In this document: positions 1-10,104 of the stretch, piece by piece | How positions within the stretch are numbered: position 1 is the first letter of the stretch | How the letters are laid out: the number at the start of each line of letters is the position of its first letter | DNA from: Candidatus Nanohaloarchaea archaeon | Lineage (GTDB): Archaea > Nanohalarchaeota > Nanosalinia > Nanosalinales > Nanosalinaceae | Direction of reading: 5' to 3' | Length of the DNA: 64,000 nt | Assembly: GCA_013343275.1 (NCBI GenBank) | Contig: CP046106.1 | Location: forward strand, 352,001 to 416,000 | The notes under the pieces: generated by a model | Seen by the model: the letters and a program-made list of their open reading frames with translations, nothing else | What the model was told of the DNA's origin: nothing | The model's database searches: none | Made by a program: the position numbers and the translations under genes

Positions 1-65
1 TCCTGATCTTCGTCGCCAGTAAATACTTGGCCACAGTAAGGACATTCAACTTCTTCGTTAGTCAT
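1..65 (-). CDS. 5' part of a small CPxCG zinc-finger protein (runs off the window)
   Basis: ATG at 65 reads MTNEEVECPYCGQVFTGDEDQ; TATA-like TTTAA about 25 nt upstream; too short for the ORF track. Confidence 0.6.
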   Translation of the reverse strand, partial: MTNEEVECPYCGQVFTGDEDQ

Positions 66-178
66 GTTATCACGTATCTGTTACAAGTGTTAAATGGTTT
101 TCGGTAGTTGGCCTATATGCAAATGAGAATATAGACAGCAATAAAGGAAAGCGCCACTTAACTTTATAAACATTTTGA

Positions 179-2920
179 CTATTCATCAAGGATATCTGTC
201 ACAGGCATTACCTCTATACTCCGGACCTTGTCCTCCGATACACAGTAAATATAGGCCTCAACCGGTTTTTCCCTTGCATCCTCTATAGCTGATGCGTACA
301 GACTGAGCTGCTTCTGGTATTTCTCGGGTTCTTTATCGCCGATCTTGAAGTCGTAGATGCGGATAACCTCTTCCTTTTCGAGAAGCAGATCTATTCTACC
401 CTTGATAACTCCTCCATCTGCTGGCAGCCTTATATCTACTTCACACTGTTTTCTACCATCCAGGCCTTCTATAAACTGTTCTATATTTTCTTCGTAGTCT
501 GTGCTGCTACTTGCATCTCCTTGTATCTTTTCTTCGGCGAACTCGTGTAGATCACGGCCTTTCTCTCGGCCATCTCCTTCTTCCAGATCCAGTAGACTGG
601 TGACAGCAGTAGCTTCGCTGCCTTCATACTCTGGCAGCTCTGGGTCGAAGAAGCTGATATCGGAGGTATTTTCCTCCTGTTCTATAGGCTTCTCGCTGTA
701 ATACTCTTCCTCAAGAGGCATTTTTTCGAAGAAAGTTGATTTGCGGCCTTCTTCAGCGGTTATATAGAGCTCTTCTTCGGCTCTGGTGATTCCTACGTAC
801 ATGAGCCTTCTTTCCTCGTCGTAGCCTTTGGAAAGCGTCTGGAAAAGTATTTCAGATCTCCAGTTATCGAAGGAGAATCCTTTTTCCTCATTGTATTTTT
901 TACGAGTTCTCAGGCCGATAACGTCTCTGTATTCGATCGGTATGTAGTTTCCGTTGGTTGATGGGAAGCGGCTCTGGTTGACATCAGATATAAAGACGAC
1001 AGGGTATTCCAGGCCTTTAGCGGCGTGTATTGTCTGTATCTTTACCACATTTTCCTGCATCGAGTTATCGATCTCATAGATTTCTCCGTCCTCGATGTTA
1101 TCCTCTACAAACTGGATTAACTGGCCTAGGTTCATGTAGGAGCTCTCGAAGGTATCAGTCAGGACCTCTACAATTCGTTCTGTAAACCCGTTGCTGACTT
1201 CGTATCTCGTGAATACTTTTTCAGCAAACTGACCTATGTCGGAAGTGGTATCCAACTCCTCCCGGAACTCCTCCATATCCTTCGGATAATTTTCGTTATC
1301 AAGTATCTCTTTAGCCTCATCTAACGTGTATCCTGCGTTTTCCAGCACCACGGCCCATCCTCTATCCGAGTTAGAGTTGGAGATCCTCATCCACGCAAGC
1401 AGCATAACTGCAGGGTTCGTTTTGAAGAGTTCTACTCCTCCCTCATAAGCTACAGGCACTCCTCTGTTCTGTGCTTCTTTCTGAAGTTCCAGTCCGAAGT
1501 TACGGGTGCGTGTAAGTACCGCTATATCCCCGTACTCTCTTCCTCCCTCCTGAACTCTTCCCTGTATCTTAGCGAGGACATTTTCAGCCTCTTTCTCTGT
1601 CAGAAGCTTCTCTATACGGCCTTCTTCATCTTTCTGTGACTCCAGTGACGTGATCTTGGACCTTATTTCTTCCTGCGGAAGGTTCTCATAACCGGTTGCG
1701 GGGAGTGTAAGGGCCTCCTCTGATAGGTCAAGTATTTCCTGCGTCGACCTGTAGTTCTTCTTCAGCCTTATTTCCTCGACGTTTTCAATCCTGAAATCTA
1801 CTCTCCGCTGGCCTTCGTTCAGTTCTTCACGGTACTTCTCGAGTCTTCTCTGGAATCTTTGAATGTTCTCAACGTTTGCGTACTGAAAGCTGTAGATACT
1901 CTGTTTCCAGTCCCCTACAGCACAGATGTTTGGTTCATCAGCGAGAAGCAGCGTGAGCTTGAACTGTATCTCATTGGTATCCTGGAACTCATCTATCATC
2001 AGGTATTTGAATGACAGCTTGTCTCTCAAAGCCTTTTTCTCTGTCAGGAGCACGTAGGAGAACGCCAGGAGGAAGTTAAAGTTGAGGTAGTTCTTTCTGA
2101 GACAATACTGCAGGTAAGAGAAGTAGATATTATGTACAAACTCTTTAAGCTTCTCTCTGCCCTCATTAAAGGCCTTCTCCCCAAAGTCTCTTCTGACTTG
2201 CTTTGTGCCGTACCCTCCTCTGACCTCTTCTTCGCTGGGAGCATCTTCATCGAAATCCTTGTACTTCATGCTGTAAAGCCTGCTTCTGAGCTCCGACTGT
2301 TTCTTCCCGTTACCACTATTTCTTGGTTTGTTAACTTCCTTGAATATTTTCTTGAACTCCTGGAAGTCGCCATCAATGTATTTCTCCGAGTTGCCGAACC
2401 ATCCCTCTTTCTCTGGCACAATTCCTTTTGCGGCCAGGTTTTTCAACAGGCTCAGAATCTGTGAGTAGTCATCAATTATCTGGTAGAACTCGTGGTACTG
2501 TGAATTCTCATCTATAAACAGGTTCATGAAGCTGTCGAACTCCTGTTTCTCTCGAACCTCGCTCTCCATAAGATTCAGGCTCTGAGTTATGTCCTCCTCT
2601 AGGCCCAGTATTCGTGGAGTGTCGAATCCATGGTTTCGAAGTATCTTCTTTGCGAAGCTGTGGAAAGTTGAAATCGGTGCATCGTAGATCTTGGAGGCCT
2701 TGACATCTGTCCTCTCAATTATTCTTTCCTTCATCTGGTCTGCAGCGTTGTTGGTGAATGTAGCCAGCAGTATATCGCCAGGTTCTACGCCGTCATCCAG
2801 TATCTCTGCGTACCGCCTGGTTATAGTGAATGTCTTCCCTGTACCCGCCCCTGCGTCAACCAGGTAGATTCCATCCGTGTTGTCTATCAGTTTCTGCTGT
2901 TGTTTATTCGGGTCAGTCAT
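179..2920 (-). CDS. AddA/UvrD-like SF1A helicase with C-terminal PD-(D/E)XK nuclease
   Basis: Walker A AGAGTGKT, TFTNNAA, DEFQD, VGDWKQSIYSF, NYRS, TIHAAKGLE, EERRLMYVGITRA; C-terminal GRIDL...YDFK...QLSLYA nuclease motifs. Confidence 0.92.
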   Translation of the reverse strand: MTDPNKQQQKLIDNTDGIYLVDAGAGTGKTFTITRRYAEILDDGVEPGDILLATFTNNAADQMKERIIERTDVKASKIYDAPISTFHSFAKKILRNHGFDTPRILGLEEDITQSLNLMESEVREKQEFDSFMNLFIDENSQYHEFYQIIDDYSQILSLLKNLAAKGIVPEKEGWFGNSEKYIDGDFQEFKKIFKEVNKPRNSGNGKKQSELRSRLYSMKYKDFDEDAPSEEEVRGGYGTKQVRRDFGEKAFNEGREKLKEFVHNIYFSYLQYCLRKNYLNFNFLLAFSYVLLTEKKALRDKLSFKYLMIDEFQDTNEIQFKLTLLLADEPNICAVGDWKQSIYSFQYANVENIQRFQRRLEKYREELNEGQRRVDFRIENVEEIRLKKNYRSTQEILDLSEEALTLPATGYENLPQEEIRSKITSLESQKDEEGRIEKLLTEKEAENVLAKIQGRVQEGGREYGDIAVLTRTRNFGLELQKEAQNRGVPVAYEGGVELFKTNPAVMLLAWMRISNSNSDRGWAVVLENAGYTLDEAKEILDNENYPKDMEEFREELDTTSDIGQFAEKVFTRYEVSNGFTERIVEVLTDTFESSYMNLGQLIQFVEDNIEDGEIYEIDNSMQENVVKIQTIHAAKGLEYPVVFISDVNQSRFPSTNGNYIPIEYRDVIGLRTRKKYNEEKGFSFDNWRSEILFQTLSKGYDEERRLMYVGITRAEEELYITAEEGRKSTFFEKMPLEEEYYSEKPIEQEENTSDISFFDPELPEYEGSEATAVTSLLDLEEGDGREKGRDLHEFAEEKIQGDASSSTDYEENIEQFIEGLDGRKQCEVDIRLPADGGVIKGRIDLLLEKEEVIRIYDFKIGDKEPEKYQKQLSLYASAIEDAREKPVEAYIYCVSEDKVRSIEVMPVTDILDE

Positions 2921-2927
2921 GCTTGTC

Positions 2928-5489
2928 TCACTCCACTATCATGTCTCGGTAAGGGTTTCTGTCGATATCGTTGTCGCCGACAGGGAACCGTGAACCTTTG
3001 TACTCATTCAGTTCGTCAACTTTCTCCTCAAGGAATTCCTCAAACCTGTCAAGGTCCTCCTTGAAGAAGTTGGTTTTTCTGAACTCTAAAAGCTTTCTCA
3101 AAGCCTTATCTGCTCCTTTCTCCACGTATTTGTAATCTCCGACGTGTTTTTTTGCGTACTTGACGAACTCTCTACCGAATTCGGACTGAACCAGCTTGTC
3201 CTTGTCGTATGGGTAGGGAATCTTGTTATCCTCAAAGAATTTCTGGAAGTTAGGATGGCCCAGCTTTTCGAGGGTTTTCCTCCTGTCGTTTGACTTTGCT
3301 ACTCCTTTGATAAGTTTCTCAAAAACCTCCAGATCCAGTATCTTGTCGTTGAAATCCTTTGGATAGTAAGTTATGGAAACTGTTTTTTCATCCATATCTG
3401 ATTCGGAGTTTATATCCGAGGCCATGTCGCTGAGGAAGTAGAAGTAGGTGAACTTCAGTTTCTGATCCGGCATCTTGTCTCTGAGCTCGCTCAGGTACAT
3501 TATAGGCTGGAAGTCTGGTTTTTCATCGAAAAGTTCGACGTTGGAATCTCTAATTATCTTTTTCCTGCTTCGGCTCCGTGAACTGCTCTTGTAGTCCACC
3601 AGCTCATTTCCGAGGACGAGATCTATCTTTCCTTTTGCACAGATATCTTTATTCTGGAAGGTTAGTTCTGCGAAGTGCTTCTCGACATCCCTGTCAAAGT
3701 ACTCGGCGAAAATATTCTTGCCTGGACCTTCCTCTGGCTCAAGCTCCACGGCCTCAGGGCTATCTCTTGAGTCGATAAAGCTCTCAATATTTCGGATTCC
3801 GATCCTGAACTCTGTTTCAAGCGTCTCCAGCTCGATGTCATCTACGTAAGGCCTTATCTCTTTCTTCATTATCTCCACGAATTCTTCTCTGCCTTTTTCC
3901 TCTACGAATTCAGGAAAGTTTGCGTAGAACTCTGCGAACTCATGGAAAAGATTCCCTTTAACCATGATATCTTTCTCGGTGTCGGCAACAAGTCTTGAGA
4001 AATAGTAGGCTCTCGGGGACTGTACAAACCTGTTCAGAGAGGACTGGCTGAGCAGCTCTACTGTTTCCGGCTCTTCCAGAGAGTCTTCTTTACTGAAGCC
4101 TGATAGCTTGGATTTCTGCGGGAGAGAAAATCTCTCCGTCCTGTGATCTGAAAAACTTTCGAGGCCGCAGAGCTCTGTGAAGTAGAAGCAGGGAGAGATT
4201 TCTTCGTTCATTTCTTTATCCTGGACGAGGTAGTGTTTCTGTTCTCCATTCTGTATCAGGGCCTCGAAGTTCTGTAGGTTCCTTTTTTCTACTTCCTCTC
4301 TGTCGATCCACGATCTCTGATCTACTTCCTGTGTCCATTCCGAGGACATACCTATGTAGAAGACTACAGGACGGTCTATGTATACCGTTGATTTAGGTGA
4401 AGCGAGTAACACGCCGCTGTCTTCCGAGTTCTGTGTAGGATCAAAGGAATCTAGATAGTATTCAAGCCTGGATATACTACCTTCGGTTATACTTTCCTCT
4501 TTTAGGCCTAGGTCTTCCAGCACCTCTTCTATATGGTTCTGCTCGTATCCAAGTAGATCCTGGAATCCTTCGAGAAAGTCCTGGAAATCCATGAAGGAGG
4601 CCACGTTCAGGAAGTCTGTGAACTCGCTTAGCCTGTCGTCCTCCAGTTCTGATACCTTGACCTGGCTTTTGCTGTCGGAGGAATCAATTCCCAGGTGCTG
4701 TACTACCGGCTCCACATCTCGAAGCCTTATCCTGTCTTTTGCCAGCGCTAGCCTTGCCAGTGATATGAAGGTTCTCAGATCTTCCTTTTCGGAGAGTTTC
4801 TCTGTCGAGTTATAGGGTATTTCCTCGGATTTGAACGCAGACTCTATCAGCGACTGGTATCTTGTATCTGAATCCACAACAAGAGCAACGTTTTCCGCAT
4901 TTTCCTTGGATATATTCCTCTTCAAGGCCTCTACTATCTCGCTTGCGGATGAGAAGATATTGAATTTCGGTAGTTCAAACTCTCTGTTCTCAAATATTTC
5001 AACTGTATCGTAATCATCAGGCAGTACTTTCCTGTCGAGCTCGTTGAACTGGTATGGCGCTATCACAGCTACATCTTTATCTTCATCTATATTGGTGCTC
5101 TCTAGCGCTCTGAAGGGGTTGTTTATCTCCTCCAGTATCTTTATTATCTCTTCGGCAGCGTTTCCGGAGAACTGTTCTTCCTCCAGTATGCTGTAAAGGT
5201 TTCCTGTGTTTTTCCAGGATTCAAGTACTGTTTCCAGCATGTATGATGCCTGTTTCCAGGTAAGATCTGTTCTCTCTACTATTTCAAGAAATATCTCTCT
5301 TTTGAAATCCAGGTCGTCCAGTTCTTCATCGAATGCATATCTGCGTGGTGTTTCCGCAAACTCCCCCACTACTGCTTTATCTATCCGTTTGTTCAGGCCT
5401 TCTGCCAGAGGAGCATCAACTGTAAGCACCAGATCGTAGTTTTTGACCTCTTTATACAGTTTTTCAAGGTTTTTCCTATTCCTTATCAT
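2928..5489 (-). CDS. AddB-like protein: inactive helicase-like N-terminus plus PD-(D/E)XK nuclease
   Basis: SQSSLNRFVQSP, GNLFHEFAE, GKIDL, VDYKS, QPIMY; no Walker A; ends 7 nt upstream of the helicase gene, same strand. Confidence 0.85.
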   Translation of the reverse strand: MIRNRKNLEKLYKEVKNYDLVLTVDAPLAEGLNKRIDKAVVGEFAETPRRYAFDEELDDLDFKREIFLEIVERTDLTWKQASYMLETVLESWKNTGNLYSILEEEQFSGNAAEEIIKILEEINNPFRALESTNIDEDKDVAVIAPYQFNELDRKVLPDDYDTVEIFENREFELPKFNIFSSASEIVEALKRNISKENAENVALVVDSDTRYQSLIESAFKSEEIPYNSTEKLSEKEDLRTFISLARLALAKDRIRLRDVEPVVQHLGIDSSDSKSQVKVSELEDDRLSEFTDFLNVASFMDFQDFLEGFQDLLGYEQNHIEEVLEDLGLKEESITEGSISRLEYYLDSFDPTQNSEDSGVLLASPKSTVYIDRPVVFYIGMSSEWTQEVDQRSWIDREEVEKRNLQNFEALIQNGEQKHYLVQDKEMNEEISPCFYFTELCGLESFSDHRTERFSLPQKSKLSGFSKEDSLEEPETVELLSQSSLNRFVQSPRAYYFSRLVADTEKDIMVKGNLFHEFAEFYANFPEFVEEKGREEFVEIMKKEIRPYVDDIELETLETEFRIGIRNIESFIDSRDSPEAVELEPEEGPGKNIFAEYFDRDVEKHFAELTFQNKDICAKGKIDLVLGNELVDYKSSSRSRSRKKIIRDSNVELFDEKPDFQPIMYLSELRDKMPDQKLKFTYFYFLSDMASDINSESDMDEKTVSITYYPKDFNDKILDLEVFEKLIKGVAKSNDRRKTLEKLGHPNFQKFFEDNKIPYPYDKDKLVQSEFGREFVKYAKKHVGDYKYVEKGADKALRKLLEFRKTNFFKEDLDRFEEFLEEKVDELNEYKGSRFPVGDNDIDRNPYRDMIVE

Positions 5490-6598
5490 CCAATTACTTC
5501 CCCTACTGTGTCATCTATGATATTATTACTGGAATCGTTCTGAGGATCTTTGTTACTGTCTAAGCTGTTGTTTGTGCTGGATGATGAACCTATGTTGCAT
5601 CCGTTGAATGAGGAGCTCGAGTTCTGATCTTCCAGTATTGCTGTTCTGAAGCTGAAGTTACACCTAATTCCTTCTCCCGGCGGGAGCGTGATCTGCTGTT
5701 CTTGTATCTCGAAGGCCAGTTTGAGATTAAGCGTTCCCTCCGTTCTCTCGCCTCTCCTGATATGTGATGCAAGCCAGTCATCTATCTTGCTGTTGTCCAT
5801 CTTGACTCGGAATGTTAGTTCCTCGGTTTCTCCAGGAGCTATAACGTTGTCTTCGGGAGAGGAGATTAGTTTGGCCTGGCTGGTGCTCCACTCTACTAGA
5901 GCGATCTGGTTCATTTCTATCTTGCCAGAGAGGCCAGGAACAGGAAGAGGGTAGCTGTTGGGGTTACGTATTCTGAGATCAATAAGTATATTTGTGCTTT
6001 TTGAGGTTACTTGCCCCCATTCAGCGGAGCCGCCTACAACCTCTATTACCGGGCCTGTACTGTATCCTGCTATCTCTGTACCGTAGTTATACTCTCCTCT
6101 GACCTGTTTCAACGTGCTGTCAAACATTCCTATAATATCGGTATCTATCCTGTCACGGTATGCTACAGTATGGAAAGGTACTGTTACCGGGCCTATGCCT
6201 GCTTTCACGCTGAGAGGTATTCTGAGCTTCGATACTTCGCTGTTTCTTACGTGAGTGGCCCACCAATCAGGTATTTTGTCGTACAGAAGTGTCGAGTTAA
6301 TGGTTTTTGTCTGGTTTCCTTGATCTATCTTTACTCCTTCTCTTGTCCCTTTCACGAGCACTATTTCATTCATCAGTACTCTGTACTGGAGCTTTACGTC
6401 GGAGTAGTTGAATTTTATCTTGCTCGGGTTGTTTATCCAGATAGTGCTTGTAACTGAGATATTTTCCTGGCCTACGCTATTCCAGTCTCCTCTGTCTTGT
6501 ACTCCAAAACTTGGTTTCTGGGTCAGACCTAGGAATGCTGCCGATCCTGCCAGTATAACGGCGGTTGTAAAAAGGATTTTTGTTTTGGACAGAGACAT
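5486..6598 (-). CDS. Membrane-anchored LEA type 2 / WHy-domain protein (two domains)
   Basis: N-terminal hydrophobic anchor; two repeats with NPS/NPN...MN.I.L and WWATH/WLASH..GE motifs; start taken at MSLSK. Confidence 0.75.
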   Translation of the reverse strand: MSLSKTKILFTTAVILAGSAAFLGLTQKPSFGVQDRGDWNSVGQENISVTSTIWINNPSKIKFNYSDVKLQYRVLMNEIVLVKGTREGVKIDQGNQTKTINSTLLYDKIPDWWATHVRNSEVSKLRIPLSVKAGIGPVTVPFHTVAYRDRIDTDIIGMFDSTLKQVRGEYNYGTEIAGYSTGPVIEVVGGSAEWGQVTSKSTNILIDLRIRNPNSYPLPVPGLSGKIEMNQIALVEWSTSQAKLISSPEDNVIAPGETEELTFRVKMDNSKIDDWLASHIRRGERTEGTLNLKLAFEIQEQQITLPPGEGIRCNFSFRTAILEDQNSSSSFNGCNIGSSSSTNNSLDSNKDPQNDSSNNIIDDTVGEVIG

Positions 6599-6731
6599 TT
6601 CAAGAAACAAGTTATCTTCAATTTTTAAGACTCTACTTATTCTGGAAAAGGCAATCTAATTAACTGCCTGATAATAGCAACGCCTTGAAAGGTTCGAATA
6701 GATTAAATAATATTCGCTGTATTCTTTTACA

Positions 6732-6824
6732 GTGTTTAGTGAATGCTGTGCAGATGGATGCAGTAGAAAAACTATGTTAGGCCTCTGCAATAAATGTGCA
6801 AAGCAGAGAGTTATAGAGGGTTAA
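6732..6824 (+). CDS. Putative 30-aa Cys-rich microprotein
   Basis: GTG start, MFSECCADGCSRKTMLGLCNKCAKQRVIEG; TTAAATA about 25 nt upstream. Confidence 0.45.
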   Translation: MFSECCADGCSRKTMLGLCNKCAKQRVIEG

Positions 6825-6843
6825 TTAAACATCTATAAAGAGT

Positions 6844-6951
6844 TCAGGGATCGCTACAGTCACGTATCATGCCGCAGTTCGGGCATTTAAGCTCGCAGGC
6901 CACATATTTGAACATTTCTGTGCCGCAGTTCCAGCAAGTTTTATCTACCAT
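6844..6951 (-). CDS. 35-aa CPxCG-type zinc-finger microprotein
   Basis: MVDKTCWNCGTEMFKYVACELKCPNCGMIRDCSDP; starts 11 nt after the uppS stop on the same strand. Confidence 0.75.
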   Translation of the reverse strand: MVDKTCWNCGTEMFKYVACELKCPNCGMIRDCSDP

Positions 6952-6962
6952 CTACCTTGTTT

Positions 6963-7628
6963 TTACCTTCCCTTCTTTCTTCTAAGTTTCTGGTAGTGCT
7001 CCAATGCCTCTTTTACATCCTCCAGCTCTACAGCAGGGAAGTTCTTCTTGATGTGGTAGAACTCGGAGTAGCTTGCGTTCCATATCGGAAAGCCTGATAG
7101 ACACTCACGCTCTGGATTGTCTCCTGTACGGATAACGAAGTCTATAGACGAATCAAGTTCAAGCGATGAAGCCATGTTTTCCTCGGTAAAGCCGTCTTCT
7201 TCCTCAGCTATACTTTCTGAGGCCTGTAGAATATCGGATTTGCCATCGTAGGAGATCAGTGCGTTGATCTGTTTCTTCCCCTCGCTGAACTGTTCCTCGA
7301 GGTCTGACAGCTTCTGCTGCAGATGATCCGGTAAGGCATCTGGCATGGTTGTAGCCCAGTTAAATCGGAAGCCTCTGTCCCCAAACTCTTCAGCTACCTC
7401 CGATATTGTGGATTCAAGTAGCTTGAATAGGTCTTCGAGTTCTTCATCGTCTCTTTTCAGGTTCTCCTCGGAGAGAAGGTAGAAGCTTACTTCTTCGACA
7501 TCTTCATCTTTCAGGTTGCGGCCTATCTGCTTAATTACATTTTTAGCTTCTCTGTAGGCCTCGGCGTTTTCAATGCCTTCGTTGTCTGCGTATCTGCGGT
7601 TTCCGTCAGGTATTACTCCCAGATGCAT
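6963..7628 (-). CDS. uppS: cis-prenyltransferase (undecaprenyl/polyprenyl diphosphate synthase)
   Basis: HLGVIPDGNRRYA, SEENLKR, DFVIRTG, LSGFPIWNASYSE. Confidence 0.9.
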   Translation of the reverse strand: MHLGVIPDGNRRYADNEGIENAEAYREAKNVIKQIGRNLKDEDVEEVSFYLLSEENLKRDDEELEDLFKLLESTISEVAEEFGDRGFRFNWATTMPDALPDHLQQKLSDLEEQFSEGKKQINALISYDGKSDILQASESIAEEEDGFTEENMASSLELDSSIDFVIRTGDNPERECLSGFPIWNASYSEFYHIKKNFPAVELEDVKEALEHYQKLRRKKGR

Positions 7629-7689
7629 TATATCTTCTACCTATCTGAAATCAGATTATTAGACTTTTAAATTAAGTCAATCCTCTCCA

Positions 7690-8895
7690 TTACTCGTACC
7701 TCAGTGCCTCGGCTGGCTCAAGTGCTGCGGCCCTCTTGGCAGGTAGCACTCCTGAAACAATCCCTAGTATAGTGGAGAACAGGAGCGAACCTATCAGAAG
7801 TTTAGGACCGAGGTAGGGGGAGATATTCAGGGAGGCGGCCTGGGAGACTCCGTAAGCTCCGATCCATGATAGTGCTGATCCGAACAACAGCCCGAGTAGT
7901 CCTCCTAGAAAACCTATCGCTGCGGATTCAAGCAGGAATATAAACATTATCTGCTGTGTCTGAGCTCCGATAGCCCTCATTACCCCTATCTCTCTTGTTC
8001 GCTGTGATACAGAGGTATACATAGTGTTCATTATTCCTACTGCACCTACAAACAACGATATAGAGGCAATCCCTACTACTACTCCACTCACTACACTAAG
8101 GATACTGTTAAAGGATTCGAGTAGATCTTCCTGCGTGGAGACTGTGAAGTCCTCACTACCTTTCTTCACGTTCCTTTCGTTCCTCAAAGCTGTATTAACG
8201 TCTTCCTCAGCTTCCTTAACTTCAGTTCCTTCCTCTACAGAGGCAAATATCCAGTCATAGCCTTCATTCCTATCCATGGCTTCCCGGGCAGAATCAAGAG
8301 TTAGTATCACCGCAGTGTCTATAGAGGGATCGCCCGTCGGGGCCAGAACACCTACTATCCTGTACTCCTGACCGTTGACCTCCAGTTTTGATCTGATACC
8401 AGGTTCCTCGCTAAAGACTCTGTTAGCTATCCTGCTGCCGACCACAATGTTGTAGCGGTCGTTTTCTCTCACCATTCTTCCGGACTCTATCTCCATCGCC
8501 CAGCTCTCAAGCACCAGTTGCTGTTCATGGCCAGCAGGTATCCCTATGACAGGAAGGTATCTCAGCTGGTCATTATAGCTAACTCCTGTGCTCATGAATA
8601 TAGCACCTCCTGCACTCTCCACAGATTTAACAGATCTCACTGCAGCCAGATCGCTCTGATCTAGAGTAGCTGAGCCCGCAGTCTGGCTCTGGAACTGATT
8701 GCCTCCAGGATTGATAAACAGCTTGTTTCCTCCGATTGACTCGAACTCCTGCTGTATCGAAGTCTGCAAACCCTGTCCTAGAGATACCAGAGATACTACA
8801 GCAGCTATCCCGATAAATATTCCGATAACTGTCAGGCCTGTCCTGCGCTTTCTGCGCATAATATTCCGGAAGCTCATCTTGACGTACTCTATCAT
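7690..8895 (-). CDS. MacB/FtsX-family ABC transporter permease
   Basis: RTGLTVIGIFIGIAAVV, GIMNTMYTSVSQRTREIGVMRAIGA, PAEALRYE. Confidence 0.9.
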   Translation of the reverse strand: MIEYVKMSFRNIMRRKRRTGLTVIGIFIGIAAVVSLVSLGQGLQTSIQQEFESIGGNKLFINPGGNQFQSQTAGSATLDQSDLAAVRSVKSVESAGGAIFMSTGVSYNDQLRYLPVIGIPAGHEQQLVLESWAMEIESGRMVRENDRYNIVVGSRIANRVFSEEPGIRSKLEVNGQEYRIVGVLAPTGDPSIDTAVILTLDSAREAMDRNEGYDWIFASVEEGTEVKEAEEDVNTALRNERNVKKGSEDFTVSTQEDLLESFNSILSVVSGVVVGIASISLFVGAVGIMNTMYTSVSQRTREIGVMRAIGAQTQQIMFIFLLESAAIGFLGGLLGLLFGSALSWIGAYGVSQAASLNISPYLGPKLLIGSLLFSTILGIVSGVLPAKRAAALEPAEALRYE

Positions 8896-10097
8896 TTGTC
8901 GTACCTCAGGGCATCTACTGGATTCATTTTAGCTGCTTTTCTGGCAGGGAGGAAACCTGATAAAGTCCCTATAACAAAAGCAAAGGCCATAGCGCCCAGT
9001 ATCATCTGTGGGCTTGCTCCTGGAGTCATCTCCAGGCCTACCTGCTGGGAGATTATTTCGCTGGCGGCAAAACTTATTCCGAGACCTGCGACCACACCGA
9101 AAAACCCTCCTACAAGCCCGATAATACCGGATTCTATGAGAAATATTCGAAGTATCTGCCAGTTAGTAGCTCCTACTGCCTTCATTACCCCTACCTCCTG
9201 TGTTCTCTCAGTTACGGAGGTGTACATCGTATTCATTATTCCAACCCCTCCTACCAGAAGGGAGATTGCGCCCAGGCCTACAAGAAATCCTCTTATTAGA
9301 GCTAGCTGGCTCTGGAACGAACTTATTATATCAGCAGCAGTTCGGGTAGTGAAGTCTTCCTCACCTTTTCTCAGGCCTCTGTTCTGGCGGAGCGAGGCCC
9401 TTATGTTCTCTTCAACTTCAGCAGGTTGATATCCGGGATCTACTCTTGCAATTATCTGGTCATAGGTATCTTCCTTATCGAGTACTTTCCGAGCAGTTTC
9501 CATCTGCATGATTATACCGGAGCTGGCAGTCCCCGAGGTCTCAACTATCCCTACTACCCTGTAGTCAGTGCCGTTTATCGAGAGTTTGGATCTGAGATGA
9601 AGTTCGTCCTCAAAACGGTTCTCTGTAGCGGACTGGCTGACAAGTATGCTGTATCTGTCGTTGTCACGGAGATATCTTCCTTCAACTACTTCAAGACCTG
9701 AGGCCTCTTTTGCAAGTCCAGCACTGGTTCCTGTAGGCAGACCTGTTACCGAGAAATAACTTGACTCATCTCCGTAGCTGGCTATGATTGAGGACGAGAC
9801 AAGGCCTACTGCTTCATCCACCCCTCGAGTATTTTCTATGGTTCGGAGACTTTCATCTGTAAGCTTGGCTGTGCTCGAGGTAAATCTTGAGGATAGGCTG
9901 TTGCCGCCTGGCGAGATGAAAACCTTGTTACCTCCTAGCTCCTGTAGTTCCCCCTGCACCGAGTTTTCCAGGCCCTGCCCTATTGATAGCAGCGAAACTA
10001 TGGCCAGAATGCCTACCATTGTGCCGATAATGGTGAGCCAGGAACGTTTCTTTCGGTGGCTTATGTTCCTGACTGCAAGCCGGAAGTAATCGAACAT
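8892..10097 (-). CDS. MacB/FtsX-family ABC transporter permease (paralog)
   Basis: GIMNTMYTSVTERTQEVGVMKAVGA, NPVDALRYD; 4-nt overlap with the next gene. Confidence 0.9.
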   Translation of the reverse strand: MFDYFRLAVRNISHRKKRSWLTIIGTMVGILAIVSLLSIGQGLENSVQGELQELGGNKVFISPGGNSLSSRFTSSTAKLTDESLRTIENTRGVDEAVGLVSSSIIASYGDESSYFSVTGLPTGTSAGLAKEASGLEVVEGRYLRDNDRYSILVSQSATENRFEDELHLRSKLSINGTDYRVVGIVETSGTASSGIIMQMETARKVLDKEDTYDQIIARVDPGYQPAEVEENIRASLRQNRGLRKGEEDFTTRTAADIISSFQSQLALIRGFLVGLGAISLLVGGVGIMNTMYTSVTERTQEVGVMKAVGATNWQILRIFLIESGIIGLVGGFFGVVAGLGISFAASEIISQQVGLEMTPGASPQMILGAMAFAFVIGTLSGFLPARKAAKMNPVDALRYDK

Positions 10098-10104
10098 AGA
10101 TCAG

